Positions 61,021-64,000 of a stretch of DNA of 64,000 bases are shown piece by piece. Positions within the stretch are counted from its first letter, which is position 1. Every line of letters starts with the position of its first letter. A program made the position numbers and the translations under genes. The notes beneath the pieces are model-generated. The model was not told the origin of the DNA, made no database searches, and saw nothing but the letters and a program-made list of their open reading frames with translations. The stretch lies in contig CM059432.1 in NCBI GenBank assembly GCA_030390025.1, positions 98,520,001 to 98,584,000 of the forward strand, given 5' to 3'. This stretch comes from Squalus acanthias. Taxonomy: Eukaryota.

Positions 61021-63615
61021 TACCTCTTAATGGCTCTTTAAGAGCTGTTGGCTGGTTTTAAAAAGTGGCAGGGCTTCCGGATTTCTCGTCCTGCCAATAG
61101 GCAAGTGGCCTATAAGCAACACGTAATGGCAGGATAAGCAGTAGCAGATGTGTGGTAGTGCAATGCAGCTCTAGGTTGTCATGCTGACTGTGTGGAAAGA
61201 GAAAAGAAAGGAAAAATGACCAAACACACACTGTACATGGTCATCTCCAATGTTGTGTGTCGTCCCTCTGCCAATGATGTTTATGGCGACCTCCTCCATG
61301 GAAGAGGCTCAGAGACATGCCGTTATCTGATGGGGGTGGAGAGAGCTAAGAAACAAACCTCGTAGCACAATTTCAGCAAATAACTCTGGGCACAGAAAAA
61401 ACTCATTCTTTATTTGTATAGGCAATTGATACTCTTAAAGTCCTTAACTCATGAGATTCTGTATAATTATCTAATAGATATTCTCCATTCATTTCCTTTT
61501 AAATGAACTTCAAAATTACTAGTTACATTTAGATAAAGAAGGACTGTTAGCTTATTAATCTCATTGTTCCAGAATAGCAACTTTACCACTTTTCCATTAG
61601 TGTCAGTTTCTTAAAAGTTGCCTCAGCCACCCTTTCTGGCAACCTATTCCAGTTGTTGAATATCCTCTGTGTGAAGAAATACTTCCTAATATCTGTTCTA
61701 AACTTGCTCTTCACAACCTTGCCCTCTTGCCCTGTTACCTTGGCATATCTGAAAGTATTGATCCAGGTATACTTTCTCTATCCCATTAAGTATCTTACAT
61801 AATGTGTATGGAGGTCATTTTCACTCTCAGCACTAAGGTGGTGATCTGGTGGAGGGGATCGCCCAATGGGATGAAAATAAGGTGAATTCCACAATGGATG
61901 GGAAATCCATTGTGCCAGATTACTGCCAGACTGTGAAGATGAAAATTATCACCAATGAGTCCAATTTTCAAGACTGAAGAGCTGTAGTTTATTAAAGACT
62001 GCACTTTTCTAATGTAATACTGTAAGACGTTCTGATTGTCTGAGAGTTTATAGAGTTCAGACCCGTGGAACAGACAACACAAAACCCAATGAATCTGTGA
62101 AACTTCTTTTGCTTAAAAATCAACAAGAGGTTACAAGTAATTACCAAATTACAAACTGTACTCAATTCATGTACTTATTACAAGCAAGCATCTAAATTAA
62201 TTTACTTCAAGCTCAGGTGATTATAAGGAAAACCACATACATACTATTCACCAGATGAGAGGTCAATTCAACAATGATAGACATATGACTAACTTTAACT
62301 GACAACTGACCAAATCACCATTGACTGTAGCCCTGAATGTCAGTGTCCAATAACACTTATAACCCAAAACATGGCAACTGGCCCACAGCATTCATGTCCC
62401 AAACTGCGTGGATAATGTTGTTTGCTCTCTCTCTCTCTCTCGCGCCCTATCTGTTTTGATGTTAGTTAACCAAGGCCAGACATCCAAGGATTGGAGAGAG
62501 TCGTTGTTTTTCACATCTGCAGGTGTTGACTCAAAGTTCTCACAGAATTTTCAAGAGCTTATCTTTTGAAGGAAAAGTACCAACACATCATGTTTTTGCC
62601 TCATAGCTTGTCGGTACATTTGGTCACTTTTAGATTCAGTCAAATTTCCCATGACAGTGTTACAATACTCTGATGTGTTCATCAATTAAGAACAAACTGA
62701 CAAAAACAGCTTTACTTTTAATTTCTGTAAAACAAAAATTAAACAAAGCAATCAAAACAAAAGTATCAAAAGCTTTTCCCATTTAAGAGGAGAAAGGGTT
62801 TGTTTATTCTTATTATCAACCATTTTGAACTGTCAGTGAAAAAGAGGACTGAAAAGAAAATCAATATAAACAGATTAAGAGACAAATGAATACACACTCC
62901 AACAGTTTCGATCACACTACACTTCAGCTTAGGCAGCAAAAGCTTTATGTAAAGCTCTATTTAATAGGAATTAAAATTCCCACCTTACTCGTAGAAGTAA
63001 GGATATCCATCTGTTTGTTGCGCAAAATGCCAATATATGCAGCAAAAAAAAACATTTTCTTTTACACATGAGATAGGAACTTCTCCTAATTGCTTCTAGA
63101 ATAGCACTTAAGAAACTTCCTCTCACATGTATGGGGCTTTACTGGATCCGGCTAAACTGCTGAAGCACAGCAACACATAAAGCTTCAGTACCCCGTAATG
63201 CTTTTAATAATAGTGTATTAATGAAGCACTTCAGACACAAACAAAAGTGTTAGCAAAAAAACAATGCTATGTGCCTTGTAAAATAAAAGATGGCTGAGAA
63301 TATGTTAGATATTAGAAGTGCTACATTGGAGAAAATAAGCAATTAAGTGGTTCAGGGTCACATGATTCGTCAATTCCACACCGCAAGTGGTTTATTTTCT
63401 GTAATGCAGAAAATAGATTTATTTTGTTTATGCCACTTTTTTGGGTAGTTTTGTTTTCTTATAGGTAAAGTGAGCAGACTGCCAGAGGCCGGTGACTTTG
63501 GAAGTTCAACCCGTGATTCTGGGTTCTGTGGTGAAATGAAAAGAAGCACCGTGAAAAAGTAGGAAGGGTTAAACCGGAAGTAATATTTAGGTGCACATAT
63601 TCGAGGAACAATCTA

Positions 63616-64000
63616 GGGAACTGTAGCATAGTGGTTATATTACTGGACTAGTAACCCAGAAGCCTGGACTAATGTATTCGGAGACGTGAGTTCAAATCTC
63701 ACCACGGCAGCTGTGGAATTTAAATTCAGTTAATTAAATAAATCTGGAATAAAAAGCTAGTATCAGTAATGGTGACCATGAAACCATGGATTGTCAAAAA
63801 ACCCATCTGATTAACTAATGTCCTTTGGGAAGGAAATCTGGCCTATATGTGACCCTGGACCCACAGCAATGTGGTTGACTCTTAACTGCCCTCTGAAATG
63901 GCCTAGCAAGCCATTCAGTTGTAATAAGAAACAATAATAAGAATGAGACCGGACGGACCACCCGGCATTGACCTCTGCACCGGCTTCGGACACGAAAATG
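63616..64000 (+). mobile_element. tRNA-derived head (same as 46854) continuing into different sequence; runs off window
   Basis: A box TAGCATAGTGG and B box GAGTTCAAATC. Colinear with 46854-47128 up to CAAGCCA.TCA.TTGTA. Confidence 0.82.

Overview
Repeat-dense eukaryotic DNA, very probably from a cartilaginous fish (shark): it carries HE1-type and DeuSINE-type SINEs and CR1 LINEs with octamer-like tails. I recognise no host protein-coding gene, so this looks intergenic or intronic. About half the window is PIF/Harbinger material: several decayed two-gene elements (HARBI1-like DDE transposase converging on a spliced Myb/SANT gene) plus non-autonomous derivatives with TIRs and 3-bp TSDs. The rest is CR1 and L2 LINEs (two near full-length CR1s), two well-bounded solo LTRs with 4-bp TSDs, a small Penelope-like insertion with a 14-bp TSD, SINEs, and a probable ancient DIRS-type RT/RNase H relic. 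The most interesting leads are: a reconstructable three-exon Myb/coiled-coil Harbinger gene with shared promoter and terminator motifs; a Harbinger target-site preference; a tRNA-derived head that may lead either to a SINE tail or into a LINE ORF; and motifs shared between two otherwise unalignable solo LTRs. All family names come from motif recognition by eye, not database searches. Boundaries without a TSD are approximate.
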